A stretch of DNA of 64,000 nucleotides from Pseudomonadota bacterium. Lineage in GTDB: Bacteria > Pseudomonadota > Alphaproteobacteria > Rickettsiales > UBA3002. Under the pieces are notes generated by a model, which was not told where the DNA came from, made no database searches, and worked only from the letters and a program-made list of their open reading frames with translations. Numbering within the stretch: the first letter of the stretch is position 1; the number at the start of each line of letters is the position of its first letter. Shown here in pieces: positions 19,298-29,411 of this stretch. The position numbers were made by a program, and so were the translations under genes. The stretch is taken from contig JAZKJM010000005.1 of the NCBI GenBank assembly GCA_040384265.1, positions 51,166-115,165 of the forward strand. The letters run 5' to 3'.

Positions 19298-19896
19298 GCG
19301 CGTCCTCGTGGCAACTCAGGCACTACCGCCGCAATCGTCTGCGCCCCTGAAACATCGATAGGGCGGACGATGCCATCGCGGCCATAACCACGCACCAGCA
19401 CGTGCAATTCCGTACCAAGGGTCAATGGACGGCGGCCATTCGCCTTGCTGCGCTGATAGGCCGGCATCGCGTATTCCGAGAGGGGCTTCGAGAGATACGC
19501 ATCCAGATTCAATGCCGAGACACTTTCTGGTGTAAGAGAGCCATCCGCTGCAGCACGTTTGGGGTCAAACCAGATCGCTTCATGCGACTTCAAAGCATCA
19601 GCAGGAATTTGATATACCGGGGTTGCCCGAACTACGTGCCCCGCCTGATGCATCGCATTGGCGGTGAGCTGCGGATGGATCGGCGAGAGAAAAACAACCT
19701 CGTCCCACGCGCAGTCCAGTATCGGCACATGCAGCGTGGCAATATGCTCGCGGCCAAAGTATTTTGCACGATATGAAGCCCCTAGCTCCGGCTCAATCTC
19801 TGCCAATGCCTTGAGTGGCCATAATGCCTTGCCGCGCATATTCGGCGGCACGATATGCCAAAGATAGGGTAATCCGCTTAGTTGCTTCGCTATCAT
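19294..19896 (-). CDS. hypothetical protein (no domain recognised)
   Basis: 200-aa ORF lying between phoH and ybeY. ATGA overlap with the ybeY start and a 28-nt gap after the phoH stop. Confidence 0.6.
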   Translation of the reverse strand: MIAKQLSGLPYLWHIVPPNMRGKALWPLKALAEIEPELGASYRAKYFGREHIATLHVPILDCAWDEVVFLSPIHPQLTANAMHQAGHVVRATPVYQIPADALKSHEAIWFDPKRAAADGSLTPESVSALNLDAYLSKPLSEYAMPAYQRSKANGRRPLTLGTELHVLVRGYGRDGIVRPIDVSGAQTIAAVVPELPRGRA

Positions 19897-19924
19897 GAAT
19901 TAAAACATGCCATCATGCGCACCT

Positions 19925-20971
19925 CTATTCAAGCCCGCCCTCGCGCTCTTCGGCGTATTGCTTTTTCTTCAAATCCCAATCGTCGTAGGCTTTGATGATT
20001 TTGGCGGCCAGCGGGTGACGCACCACGTCGCCATCGCTGAAGCGGATGGTTTCGATGCCCGGGATTTGCTCGATTTTCGGGATGCAATCGGCAAGGCCCG
20101 ATTTAATATCCTTGGGCAAATCCACCTGCGATAAATCGCCGGTGATAATCATCCGCGAGCGTTCGCCCATGCGGGTCAGGAACATTTTCATCTGCGTGCG
20201 GGTGGTGTTTTGCGCCTCATCGAGGATCACGAAGGCGTTGCTGAACGTGCGGCCGCGCATAAAGGCCAGCGGCGCCAGCTCAATTTCGCCGTTCTCGATC
20301 GCCTCATTCACCCGGTCGGCGGGCATCATGTCGAACAGCGCATCATACAGCGGGCGCATGTAGGGATCGAGCTTGTCTTTCATATCGCCGGGCAGGAACC
20401 CGAGCTTCTCCCCTGCTTCCACCGCCGGGCGCGAGAGGATAATGCGCTCCACCTTTTTGTTAAGGAACATATACACCGCCATCGCCACCGCGATGTAGGT
20501 TTTACCCGTACCCGCCGGCCCAAGCGCGAAGACCAGCTCCGAGTCATACAGCGCGCGGATGTAGTTCGCCTGCACATGGCTATAGGGCGTGATGGTTTTG
20601 CGCATGGTGCGGATATAGACATCCGTATCGATCGCTTCCACACCGTGGCGGTTTTTGGGCTTTTTATCGTTCACCGGCGGCATCATGCGGATGGCCGCAT
20701 CGTAATCCGTTTCCGTGATCTCGATGCCGTTTTTGATTTGCTCATAGAGCGATTGCAGGAGAATTTCCGTCGCATCGATGTCGCGCTTATGGCCGCTGAT
20801 GGAAAGCATGTTGCCGCGCGCCACCAGCTCCACGTTGAGCGCCTGCTCCACCCGTTTCAGGTGGGTGTCCTGCTCGCCGTAAAGCAGCGGCAGGTATTGG
20901 TTGTTTTCGAAGAAGACGTTGATGGATTGGGTTTCGCGGGCGACTTTTTTATCCGGCTGCTTGGACATCAA
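19925..20971 (-). CDS. phoH: PhoH-family ATPase (PhoH/YbeZ)
   Basis: 348 aa with Walker A GPAGTGKTY and a PhoH-like C-terminal domain. Confidence 0.9.
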   Translation of the reverse strand: MMSKQPDKKVARETQSINVFFENNQYLPLLYGEQDTHLKRVEQALNVELVARGNMLSISGHKRDIDATEILLQSLYEQIKNGIEITETDYDAAIRMMPPVNDKKPKNRHGVEAIDTDVYIRTMRKTITPYSHVQANYIRALYDSELVFALGPAGTGKTYIAVAMAVYMFLNKKVERIILSRPAVEAGEKLGFLPGDMKDKLDPYMRPLYDALFDMMPADRVNEAIENGEIELAPLAFMRGRTFSNAFVILDEAQNTTRTQMKMFLTRMGERSRMIITGDLSQVDLPKDIKSGLADCIPKIEQIPGIETIRFSDGDVVRHPLAAKIIKAYDDWDLKKKQYAEEREGGLE

Positions 20972-21090
20972 AACTCCTGTTTTGGAAGGAATACCGTCTT
21001 AAACTCTACCGTCTCATAGTCGTATGCGTTTGTTTGCCTGTGCGTCAATCATTTGTCCGGCGTCACGCACAGCGTTCTTACAACTACGTC

Positions 21091-21185
21091 GTCATTGCGA
21101 GGAGCGAAGCGACGCGGCAATCCAGCCTTACTTTCTTCTTTCAGCAAGCCTCGAGGCTGGATTGCCGCGCTTCGCTCGCAATGAC
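21091..21185. repeat. nested-palindrome element (copy d, TTGCGAG subtype)
   Basis: gtcattgcgaggagcgaagcgacgcggcaatccagcc...ggctggattgccgcgcttcgctcgcaatgac. Confidence 0.85.
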
Positions 21186-21200
21186 GGCGAAAAAAGGCAA

Positions 21201-21524
21201 TCATCCCACCGCCGCATCGATCCGCGCGGCAAGGATGAAATCGTTGCGGGTCACGCCCTGCGCCTTGTGCGTGGTCAGGCGGATTTCCGCATAACCCCAG
21301 CCGAACACAATATCGGGGTGGTGAAACTGCGCCTCGGCGATTTCGCCGACGGTGGTGACAAACGCCAGCGCCGCCACGAAGTTTTTGAATTTCCACTGTT
21401 TATAAATAAATTCGCCATCGACCGACCAGCCGCTGAGCTTGCCCAGCAGGGCGGCCACCTCGTCACCGGTCAGCTTGCCTTCGCCCGTGCGGCACGGGGT
21501 GCAGGATTCTTTCGCGAGGCCCAT
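21201..21524 (-). CDS. phhB: 4a-hydroxytetrahydrobiopterin dehydratase
   Basis: About 107 aa from ATG 21524, with the PCD/DCoH signature ...VGEIAEAQFHHPDI... Confidence 0.8.
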   Translation of the reverse strand: MGLAKESCTPCRTGEGKLTGDEVAALLGKLSGWSVDGEFIYKQWKFKNFVAALAFVTTVGEIAEAQFHHPDIVFGWGYAEIRLTTHKAQGVTRNDFILAARIDAAVG

Positions 21525-21570
21525 CGGACATTCCTTTACTTCGTCAGCTGCCAAGGCTAGCAGATTTGGC

Positions 21571-22218
21571 ATGAACACGAAACCCATTTTAGCGTTTGAT
21601 TGCGCCTGTGTGGGCGCCAGCATCGCGCTTGGCGTCGGTAAAACCGTCGTCACACGCAGCCTGCCCCAAAGCAAACAGGCGGCCGCCCTCGTTTCCACCA
21701 TCGATGGGCTGCTGCGTGAGCGGGGCGTCGCCTATACGGATTTGGCTGCCATCGTCACCACCATTGGCCCCGGCAGCTTCACCGGTGTGCGCATTGGGCT
21801 GGCGGCGCTGCATGGTTTTGCGCTCGTCCACCCCACCCCCATCAAAACCCTGAGCACGCTGGAAGCCCTCGCCTGGCAGGTCGCCACCACCCACGCGGCG
21901 GATGGCCCCTTCCTCACCGTGCTGCGCGCCGGCAAAGGCGAGGTTTACGCCCAGCCATTTACCGTGCGCGATGGCATCCCCACCGCTTCCGGCGAGATTT
22001 TCCTCGCCCCGGAGGATCACGCCGATTGGCCCGCCCCCACCTTCGGCAACCATGTGCCCGAAGGTGCGCCCAACCACATCCTCACCCCGGATGCGGCGGT
22101 GATGGTGCGCATCGCCGCCCATCTACCTACCGCCACACTCGCCAGCGCCCTGCCCCTTTACATCCGCCCGCCGGATGCCAAAATTCCCACCGCCCCTTTA
22201 TGGCTCAGCGCGAATTGA
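21571..22218 (+). CDS. tsaB: tRNA t6A37 biosynthesis protein TsaB
   Basis: MNTKPILAFDCACVGASIAL...IGPGSFTGVRIGLAALHGFAL is typical of TsaB/YeaZ. Start set at ATG 21571. Confidence 0.8.
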   Translation: MNTKPILAFDCACVGASIALGVGKTVVTRSLPQSKQAAALVSTIDGLLRERGVAYTDLAAIVTTIGPGSFTGVRIGLAALHGFALVHPTPIKTLSTLEALAWQVATTHAADGPFLTVLRAGKGEVYAQPFTVRDGIPTASGEIFLAPEDHADWPAPTFGNHVPEGAPNHILTPDAAVMVRIAAHLPTATLASALPLYIRPPDAKIPTAPLWLSAN

Positions 22219-22274
22219 TGGTTTCGCAGCGACCGCGCCCATGCTACAGAGGGTGCCAACGCAGGAGCCCCCGT

Positions 22275-22856
22275 ATGATCAAGAAAATCGTCGCCATTCT
22301 CGCCCTCATCACCCTTGCCGCGTGCGAGCAGGCGCCGGGCAGCTACCAGCCCGAGCCATTCAGCTTCGAGCACGCGACGCCGATGCGCGTCAATGTCGCC
22401 CAGATCAAGGTGATCGAGGCCTATAAATCCGCCCTGCGCCGCCCGAATGTGGAGCAGGATTTTCCCGTCCCCCCCGCTGTCGCTGTCAATAAATGGGTTG
22501 CCCAACGCCTGATCGCCAGCGGTAGTACCGGTGTCATGGAAATCACCATCGACGATGCTTCAGTGAAAGAAGTGCCCTTAAGCAAAACCAAAGGCGTCAC
22601 CGGCCTGTTCACCGACGACCAGGACGCCCGCTACGACGCGCGTATCCATGTCACCATGCGCGTGTATGACGGGGTGAACGCCATTTCCGCCGCCTCGGGC
22701 GATATCGAAGTGACCCGCGCGCGCAGCATCAACGAAAAAGCCACCGTCGATGAGCGCCAGCGCATTTTCCACAAAATGACCCGCGATATGATGGACAGCT
22801 TCGACCAGCAGGCCCAAGCCCGCCTGCGCAGCTATTTCTCGAAATTCCTGAACTAA
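22275..22856 (+). CDS. hypothetical lipoprotein
   Basis: MIKKIVAILALITLAAC lipobox at ATG 22275. About 193 aa. The upstream part of the 276-aa ORF overlaps tsaB and is Arg/Pro-rich. Confidence 0.6.
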   Translation: MIKKIVAILALITLAACEQAPGSYQPEPFSFEHATPMRVNVAQIKVIEAYKSALRRPNVEQDFPVPPAVAVNKWVAQRLIASGSTGVMEITIDDASVKEVPLSKTKGVTGLFTDDQDARYDARIHVTMRVYDGVNAISAASGDIEVTRARSINEKATVDERQRIFHKMTRDMMDSFDQQAQARLRSYFSKFLN

Positions 22857-22857
22857 T

Positions 22858-23775
22858 ATGCACATCTACCTGCCCATCGCCGAGCTTTCGGGCAATGCGC
22901 TGCACCTGATTCTGCTGGGCGGTGTCGCCGGGCTGTTTTCGGGGCTGTTTGGCATTGGCGGCGGGTTCATCCTCACGCCCATGCTCATTTTCATGGGCAT
23001 CCCCCCAGCCATTTCGGTAGCGACCAGCACCAACATGATCGTCGCTTCGTCGTTTTCGGGCTTCCTCTCGCATCTCAAGCATAAGCGGGTGGATGTGCAG
23101 ATGGGCAATTGCCTGATTGCGGGCGGGCTCGTTGGCGTCGGGCTTGGTATCTGGATTTTTTCCAAACTCCAACGCGTCGGGCAAATCGATTTGATGATTA
23201 CGCTGCTCTATATTTCGCTGCTCAGCACCATCAGCATCCTGATGATCCGCGAGGCGCGCCACATGATGCAGGCCCGCAAAAACGGCACCGAAGTGCGCTT
23301 TGCCGCGCTCACCCTGCCGCGCTGGGTGGTGAACCTGCCCTGGCAAATCCATTTCACCCGCTCGGATATCACCCATAGCGCGCTGCTGCCGGTGATGCTC
23401 GGCATGCTGTCGGGCCTGCTGGTGGGTTTGCTCGGCATTGGTGGCGGCTTCATCATGATTCCGATGATGCTCTACATCCTGCGCATGCCGATCAATGTCA
23501 CCATTGGCACCTCGCTGTTCCAGATCATTTTCATCACCGCCGCCGCCACCATGCTGCACGCCCTCACCACCCATGCGGTCGATATGGTGCTGGCGGCGCT
23601 GCTGCTCATCGGCTCGGTCATCGGCGCGCAATATGGCGCGCGCTTCAGCCATCGCATACCCACGTACCTGCTGCGCGCGCTGATGGCGGCGCTGCTGATT
23701 ATCGTCGCCGCGCGGTTGGCGTACGGCCTGTTCATCACGCCGAGTGAAATCTTTACGCTGGTGAGCACCAAATGA
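22858..23775 (+). CDS. TauE/SafE (TSUP, DUF81) family membrane transporter
   Basis: 305 aa, polytopic, with repeated GIGGGF(I) motifs at both halves. Confidence 0.8.
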   Translation: MHIYLPIAELSGNALHLILLGGVAGLFSGLFGIGGGFILTPMLIFMGIPPAISVATSTNMIVASSFSGFLSHLKHKRVDVQMGNCLIAGGLVGVGLGIWIFSKLQRVGQIDLMITLLYISLLSTISILMIREARHMMQARKNGTEVRFAALTLPRWVVNLPWQIHFTRSDITHSALLPVMLGMLSGLLVGLLGIGGGFIMIPMMLYILRMPINVTIGTSLFQIIFITAAATMLHALTTHAVDMVLAALLLIGSVIGAQYGARFSHRIPTYLLRALMAALLIIVAARLAYGLFITPSEIFTLVSTK

Positions 23776-24518
23776 TGACCCTGCCCATCCTCATCGCTTC
23801 ACTGTTGCTCAGCCTGCCAGCCCTCGCGCAGGAGGCCAATCATGCCGTTTCCCTCACCAACCCGATGATTGCCGACATTTCGCGCAACACGGTCGAGATC
23901 CGTTCGGATTTCAACGGCACGCAGCTGCTCGTCTTCGGCGTGCGCAATGTGCCGGGCGATCTTGTGATCGTGGTGCGTGGGCCGACGGCGCTTGTCACCT
24001 TGCGCCGTAAGGAACGCATCGCGGGCATGTGGATGCATGTCGACCAGCGCAAATACGACAAGCTGCCGTTGTTTTACGCCATTGCTTCCACCAAGCCGCT
24101 CAGCCGCATTGCGCCGCCCTCCACCCTGCAATCGCTGGGGCTTGGCGAAAGCCGTATCATCCTCACCGCCAACTCGGTGCCAGACGATATTTTCGACAAA
24201 GCGCTCGACCATACGCTGAGCACAAAAAACTGGTGGCAGGCGCCCTTTACCAAAATCACCTATTTCGGCGAAACCCTCTTCAAAGCGAAGCTGGAAATGC
24301 CCGACACCCTGCCCAGCGGCGATTACACGGCCGAGGTTTATCTCTTCAATCGCGGCAAGCTGCTTGGCTTCCAGACCATCCCGCTCATCACCTATAAAAC
24401 TGGATTCGATGCCCGCATTTATAAAATGGCGCAGAAAAACGGGCTACTCTACGGCATCCTTGCCATCAGCATGGCCCTGTTCGGCGGCGGGCTGGCGCAC
24501 CGGTTGTTCCGGCGCTGA
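23772..24518 (+). CDS. TIGR02186-like alphaproteobacterial membrane protein
   Basis: Signal peptide MMTLPILIASLLLSLPALAQEA and a C-terminal TM segment. ATGA overlap with the upstream TauE-family gene. Family assignment is from memory. Confidence 0.5.
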   Translation: MMTLPILIASLLLSLPALAQEANHAVSLTNPMIADISRNTVEIRSDFNGTQLLVFGVRNVPGDLVIVVRGPTALVTLRRKERIAGMWMHVDQRKYDKLPLFYAIASTKPLSRIAPPSTLQSLGLGESRIILTANSVPDDIFDKALDHTLSTKNWWQAPFTKITYFGETLFKAKLEMPDTLPSGDYTAEVYLFNRGKLLGFQTIPLITYKTGFDARIYKMAQKNGLLYGILAISMALFGGGLAHRLFRR

Positions 24519-25118
24519 CTTGCCGCGCAGGCGGTAATAGCCCCGCTTCACCTGCGCCCAATACCAGCCGCGTGGACGCGTGTTGAGCACAACCGTTCCC
24601 GCGATATAATCATGCCAGCCGCGATGGCGGCGGTTAAAACTCATCCACATGAAGCCGATCATCAGCGGCGCACCGGCCAGCATGTAGCCGATAAAGCGCA
24701 GCACCAGCCGCCAGCGCGCGGCGGGCAGCAGCGTATCCTTCTCCACCACCTTCAACCCGAACAGCCATTTGCCCGGCGTAGTGCGATAGACGCACTGAAA
24801 CCCAACCAACACCAGCCCGATGATCCCCACCTGCAGCGAGAAATTCAGCGTCCACAGCTGGATCATATGCGCATCCCACAGTTTGGCTACAATCACGCTT
24901 GGCGGCTCGTGCGGCACCACGGCTTTCATTTTTTCCATATCCAGATGCGAGAACACCCGCTGGGTGATACCGCGGAACAGGCTATCGAAAATCAGGAAAA
25001 TGATGATAATATCAATCGCCGAGGCCAGCCCGCGCTCGTATAAATCGCCGTAGCGCGGCCCCTGTTCCGCTTGCTTGCGCGCCTTGCGGCCTATCGGCAT
25101 CCATGACCAGTTCATCAT
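24444..25118 (-). CDS. RDD family membrane protein
   Basis: YERGLASAIDIIIIFLIF... and RRHRGWHDYIAGTVV are typical of the RDD domain. The start at ATG 25118 forms an ATGA overlap with the bioD stop. Confidence 0.7.
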   Translation of the reverse strand: MMNWSWMPIGRKARKQAEQGPRYGDLYERGLASAIDIIIIFLIFDSLFRGITQRVFSHLDMEKMKAVVPHEPPSVIVAKLWDAHMIQLWTLNFSLQVGIIGLVLVGFQCVYRTTPGKWLFGLKVVEKDTLLPAARWRLVLRFIGYMLAGAPLMIGFMWMSFNRRHRGWHDYIAGTVVLNTRPRGWYWAQVKRGYYRLRGKSAPEQPVRQPAAEQGHADGKDAVE

Positions 25119-25768
25119 AATTTCCCCACCATCGCGTGAATCACCGTCGCATCCGCCCATGACGATACAAGCGGTTGAAAAACACGCAACCCAATAGTTT
25201 CAATGAAGGGCATCAGCCCCGCCTGCGCCTCGGCAAAATCAACCGTGCTGCCCGCGGTTTCATTCATCACCAGCGCCGCGACAGGTACGCCTGCCTGCTT
25301 CAGCAGCGCCAGCGTCATCAGCGTGTGGTTGATGCTGCCGAGGTAACTGCCCGTCACCACAATCGCCGGTGCGCCAAGCGCCACCACCCAATCGAGCACC
25401 GTACGCTGCTCGTCGAGCGGCACCATCAGCCCGCCAACGCCTTCGATCAGGGTCAGGCCGGTTGCTTCCGCCATGCGCGCTTTCGACCACTCCACCAGCG
25501 CCGCAAACGGAATTTCCGTGCCTTCCTGCGCCGCCGCCCGGTGCGGCGAAAGCGGCGCCCAGAAACGCCATGGCGACACCTCATCCACCGTTTGCGCGCC
25601 ACCACCGACCGCAATCAGCTGCGCCGTATCGGTTGCAGGCGTTTTATCCCAGCCGGAAATGATGGGCTTATAGCCGCGCGCCGCACCGCCGGATGCATGC
25701 AGTAAAGCGCAGCTGGTGAAGGTTTTGCCCACGCCCGTGCCGGTGCCGGTGACGAAATAGGCACTCAC
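25115..25768 (-). CDS. bioD: dethiobiotin synthase
   Basis: YFVTGTGTGVGKT P-loop. Start placed at GTG 25768, giving a GTGA overlap with the bioC stop. The ORF is open up to 25804. Confidence 0.85.
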   Translation of the reverse strand: MSAYFVTGTGTGVGKTFTSCALLHASGGAARGYKPIISGWDKTPATDTAQLIAVGGGAQTVDEVSPWRFWAPLSPHRAAAQEGTEIPFAALVEWSKARMAEATGLTLIEGVGGLMVPLDEQRTVLDWVVALGAPAIVVTGSYLGSINHTLMTLALLKQAGVPVAALVMNETAGSTVDFAEAQAGLMPFIETIGLRVFQPLVSSWADATVIHAMVGKL

Positions 25769-26541
25769 AACGGTTTCCTCAGCACCAGGAACAGATGCTC
25801 CCATGTCGCGGGTAACCCCGCATCCGTGCGCAGGGATTCGTAGGCATGCGTCATCGCCTGCCAGCGTTTGGCGCCGGTTAGCCCACGTTTTTCCGTCGCA
25901 AAATTATTGCCCGCGCCAATGCTGCGCATGGAGTTCAGTAGCGCGGGAACATCGGCGTAATGGCCCAGCGCGAGGCGCTGTTCCGCCAGCGTCACCTCAA
26001 GTCCGGCGGCCTGTGCGGCGGCCGTGTAAGCCTCCAGCCCGCGCATTTCCAGCAACCCCAGCGGCAGTGCCGCCTGCGTCGCCACCGTGCGTAATTCACC
26101 CAGCGTTTGCGGGCCAAGGGTGGCAATCACCGCCCGCGCACCGGGCGCGAGCACCCGCGCCAGCTCGGTAAATGCACCCGCCACATCGCCAACCCACTGA
26201 TAGCACAACGACGACACCGCCGCCTGCGCGCTGCCATCCGCCAGCGGCAAGCGCGCCGCATCGCCCTGCGCCACCGCACACCGCACCGCTGCCGCGCGGC
26301 ACATGCCGTGCGAAAGATCCACACCGATCACTTTCCAACCCGGCCGCCGCGCCTGCGCAAGCGCCGCAAAACTGCCGGTGCCGCAGCCAATATCCACCAC
26401 GGTGGCCGCTTCGGGCAGGATCATCAGCGCCGCATCCAGCACCCGGCGTGTTTCGTTATGCTGAAAATCCGCCTGCGCGTCATAGGCCAGCGCCGCTTTG
26501 CTGAAATTCGCCTGCAACCGTGCGCGCGCCACCTGCATCAC
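25765..26541 (-). CDS. bioC: malonyl-ACP O-methyltransferase
   Basis: 258-aa SAM methyltransferase with VVDIGCGTG and the N-terminal FSKAALAYDAQADFQ pattern of BioC. Located in the bio operon. Confidence 0.8.
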   Translation of the reverse strand: MMQVARARLQANFSKAALAYDAQADFQHNETRRVLDAALMILPEAATVVDIGCGTGSFAALAQARRPGWKVIGVDLSHGMCRAAAVRCAVAQGDAARLPLADGSAQAAVSSLCYQWVGDVAGAFTELARVLAPGARAVIATLGPQTLGELRTVATQAALPLGLLEMRGLEAYTAAAQAAGLEVTLAEQRLALGHYADVPALLNSMRSIGAGNNFATEKRGLTGAKRWQAMTHAYESLRTDAGLPATWEHLFLVLRKPL

Positions 26542-27206
26542 GCGACTCCCCGGTGGGCGGCGACGTGCGCGCGCAACTGTGCCGCATCCTCAAGGTGAGG
26601 TGCGTGGCCGGTTTCGGGCCAATCGAGCACCGTCGCATCCGGCAGCAGCGCGGCCAGACGGGCGGCCTGGGCATGGGGCACAATCGCATCGTTCATGCCG
26701 TGGATTATAAGCGTGCGCGGCGCTTTCGCAAGGTCGGCGTCGCGCATATCGTAGCCGGCCAACGCATCCAGCCATGGCAGCCAGCGTGCGGTTTCCTCGA
26801 CCTGCGGGTGGTGCGACAGCGCGCCCATCACCCGTTTCGCATCCGTATGGCCTTTGGCCACCAGCCCATGAAACCGCGTTTTTGTCCGCGCCGGGTCAGC
26901 TTCATAGCTCGCGCGAAACAGCGCGAATGTCTCCGCCCCCATGCCATCCGCGCCAACGAAGCGATACGGCGCGCCGATCAGCGTCAGGTGCTTGGGCGCA
27001 AGGATTCCCGCAGCGATGGCCCGCAGCGCCAGCTGCCCACCCATGGACCAGCCGATGAGATGCTCAACATCCCGCAACGCCGCCAATCCCGCGAAGCTTG
27101 CTTCCGGCGAGCCGTAGGCACTGTAATCGAAGGTGGCCGCGCCCGGAGCGATCTCGCCCAGCGCATCCACCGGCTGCGCCCAGCCGCTCAGCATCAGCGT
27201 GCGCAT
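26538..27206 (-). CDS. bioH: alpha/beta hydrolase, probable pimeloyl-ACP methyl ester esterase
   Basis: 222 aa with nucleophile elbow GWSMGG and a C-terminal ...GHAPHLE. Lies between bioF and bioC with overlapping junctions. Confidence 0.65.
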   Translation of the reverse strand: MRTLMLSGWAQPVDALGEIAPGAATFDYSAYGSPEASFAGLAALRDVEHLIGWSMGGQLALRAIAAGILAPKHLTLIGAPYRFVGADGMGAETFALFRASYEADPARTKTRFHGLVAKGHTDAKRVMGALSHHPQVEETARWLPWLDALAGYDMRDADLAKAPRTLIIHGMNDAIVPHAQAARLAALLPDATVLDWPETGHAPHLEDAAQLRAHVAAHRGVA

Positions 27207-28324
27207 GGCAGCTCCTTCAGCGCCGCGATCAGCGCCTCCACCTGCGCATCCGTATGGGCGGCGGAAAATGCCAGCCGCAGCCGCGCTGTGCCCGGCGGCA
27301 CGGTCGGCGGGCGAATCGCCACCGCCAGCAGCCCATGGTTTTTCAGCGCTTCCTGCGCCGCGAGGGCCGCTTCCGCGGTTCCCAGAATCACCGGCACCAC
27401 CGCACTTTGCGCCAGCGGCAGGCCAAGTGCCTGCGTCACCCGTTGCGCCAGCGCCAGCGCGCGCGCGGCGCGTTGCGGCTCCGCTTCCATCACCTCAAGC
27501 GCCGCTAGCGCCGAGGCGCAGACCGAAGGCGGCAAGCCTGTCGAAAACACGAAGCTGCGCGCTTTGGTGATCAAAAAATCAATAATCACCTGCGCCGCCA
27601 CCACATAGCCGCCATAGCCGCCCGCGGCCTTGGAGAGCGTGCCCATCCACAGATCCACCGGCGCGGCGGCGGGCACGATGCCCAGCCCATGCGCATCATC
27701 CGCCATCGTCCAGGCGTCATGTAGCTTCGCGAGCGCTGCGATTTCGGCCAGCGGCGCCACATCGCCATCCATGCTGAACACATGGTCGGTGACAATCAGC
27801 GCGTTGGTGGAATCGCCGCGATGCTCCTTCAGCAGCGCCGCCAGATGGGCCATATCGTTATGCGCAAAGCGCAGCAGCCGCGCGCCCGAAAGCTGCGCTG
27901 CATCGATAATGCAGGCATGCACCAGCTTATCGGCGAAAATCACATCGCCCTTATCCATCAGCGCCGGGATGACGCCCAGATTGGTGAGATAGCCGCTGCC
28001 AAACACCAGCGCCGCCTCTACGCCCTTCATGGCCGCCAGCTTGGCTTCCAGCAGTGCATAAAGCGCATGGTTGCCCGTCACCAGCCGCGATGCGCCCGCC
28101 CCTGCCCCATAGGCAAGCAGCGCTGCGCGGCCCGCCTCAATCACCCGAGGGTCGTCGCGCAAGCCCAGGTAATCATTCGCCGCGAACGACACATACCGCG
28201 CCCCATCGAGCATGATTTCGACGCTGCTGCCATCCACCCGGCCGTGCGTGCGCAACACCCGCCGCAAATGCTGCGCGTCGGCACGTTCAAGCCCGAGGGC
28301 ACACTGTTCGCTTAATGTCGGCAT
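27194..28324 (-). CDS. bioF: 8-amino-7-oxononanoate synthase
   Basis: PLP-dependent acyltransferase with the [14 protein letters not shown] lysine motif. Start set at ATG 28324. Confidence 0.85.
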   Translation of the reverse strand: MPTLSEQCALGLERADAQHLRRVLRTHGRVDGSSVEIMLDGARYVSFAANDYLGLRDDPRVIEAGRAALLAYGAGAGASRLVTGNHALYALLEAKLAAMKGVEAALVFGSGYLTNLGVIPALMDKGDVIFADKLVHACIIDAAQLSGARLLRFAHNDMAHLAALLKEHRGDSTNALIVTDHVFSMDGDVAPLAEIAALAKLHDAWTMADDAHGLGIVPAAAPVDLWMGTLSKAAGGYGGYVVAAQVIIDFLITKARSFVFSTGLPPSVCASALAALEVMEAEPQRAARALALAQRVTQALGLPLAQSAVVPVILGTAEAALAAQEALKNHGLLAVAIRPPTVPPGTARLRLAFSAAHTDAQVEALIAALKELPCAR

Positions 28325-28388
28325 TTTTCCTTTGCGAGACCTAGCATTAGCCGCTATTTCTCGCAACCGACAACGAAGCGAGCCCCTT

Positions 28389-29363
28389 ATGACCCAGATC
28401 CGCCACGATTGGACCCGCGAGGAAGCACAAGCACTCTACGCCTTGCCGCTGAGCGAACTGCTGTTCCGCGCCGCCACCATCCACCGCGCCAACTTCAAGG
28501 CGGATGAGGTGCAAATCTCGCAGCTCTGCTCCATCAAAACCGGCGGTTGCCCGGAAGATTGCAATTATTGCTCCCAATCCTCGAAATTCGATACGCCCGT
28601 CAAAGCAACCAAGCTGATGGAGGTCGATGCCGTGCTTGCCGATGCGCGCGCCGCCAAGGCCGCCGGGGCGAGCCGTTTCTGCATGGGCGCTGCCTGGCGC
28701 AACCCGAAAGCCCGCGACATGCCCGCCGTCACCGCGATGATTGCGCAAGTGAAGGCCATGGGCCTTGAAACTTGCGCCACCCTTGGCATGCTGACGCCCG
28801 ATCAGGCGCGCGAGCTGAAAGCCGCCGGGCTCGATTATTACAACCACAACCTCGACACGTCCGAGGAATATTATCAGGAAATCATCACCACCCGCACCTA
28901 TCAGGACCGGCTGGACACCCTCGCCAACGTGCGCGATGCGGGTATGAAAACCTGCTGCGGCGGCATCCTTGGCATGGGCGAAACCGAGGCCGACCGCACC
29001 GCGATGCTCGTCACCCTCGCCAACCTGCCCGCCCATCCGGAATCGGTGCCCATCAACCTGCTGATCCCGGCGGATGGCACGCCGCTGGCCGGCAACCCGC
29101 GTATCGATGGCATCGCCTTCGTGCGTACCGTCGCTGTCGCCCGCATCCTGATGCCCGCCTCCATGGTGCGCCTTTCCGCCGGCCGTGAAGGCATGAGCGA
29201 TGAGCTGCAAGCCATGTGCTTCTTCGCGGGCGCGAATTCCATCTTCGTCGGTGAAAAACTGCTCACCGCCGCCAATCCGGGGTTGGATGCGGATGCCGCC
29301 CTCTTCGCTAAACTCGGCATGAAGCCGATGCAAATGGCCGAAAATCAGGCGCAGGCCGCGTAA
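28389..29363 (+). CDS. bioB: biotin synthase
   Basis: Radical-SAM motif [11 protein letters not shown]. Start at ATG 28389 ([17 protein letters not shown]). Confidence 0.9.
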   Translation: MTQIRHDWTREEAQALYALPLSELLFRAATIHRANFKADEVQISQLCSIKTGGCPEDCNYCSQSSKFDTPVKATKLMEVDAVLADARAAKAAGASRFCMGAAWRNPKARDMPAVTAMIAQVKAMGLETCATLGMLTPDQARELKAAGLDYYNHNLDTSEEYYQEIITTRTYQDRLDTLANVRDAGMKTCCGGILGMGETEADRTAMLVTLANLPAHPESVPINLLIPADGTPLAGNPRIDGIAFVRTVAVARILMPASMVRLSAGREGMSDELQAMCFFAGANSIFVGEKLLTAANPGLDADAALFAKLGMKPMQMAENQAQAA

Positions 29364-29365
29364 AA

Positions 29366-29395
29366 AAGGCGACGCTTTCCAGCATCGCCTTTTTG
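29366..29395 (+). terminator. rho-independent terminator after bioB
   Basis: aaggcgacgct-ttcc-agcatcgcctt hairpin followed by TTTTT. Confidence 0.6.
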
Positions 29396-29411
29396 TCTCG
29401 CTTTGGACGGT

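Noticed and set aside
21024-21560. 178-aa plus-strand ORF spanning repeat copy d and the antisense of phhB
   Set aside because: It begins in intergenic DNA, translates the repeat (RHCEERSDAAIQP-type peptide), and then runs antisense to a well-supported pterin dehydratase gene.
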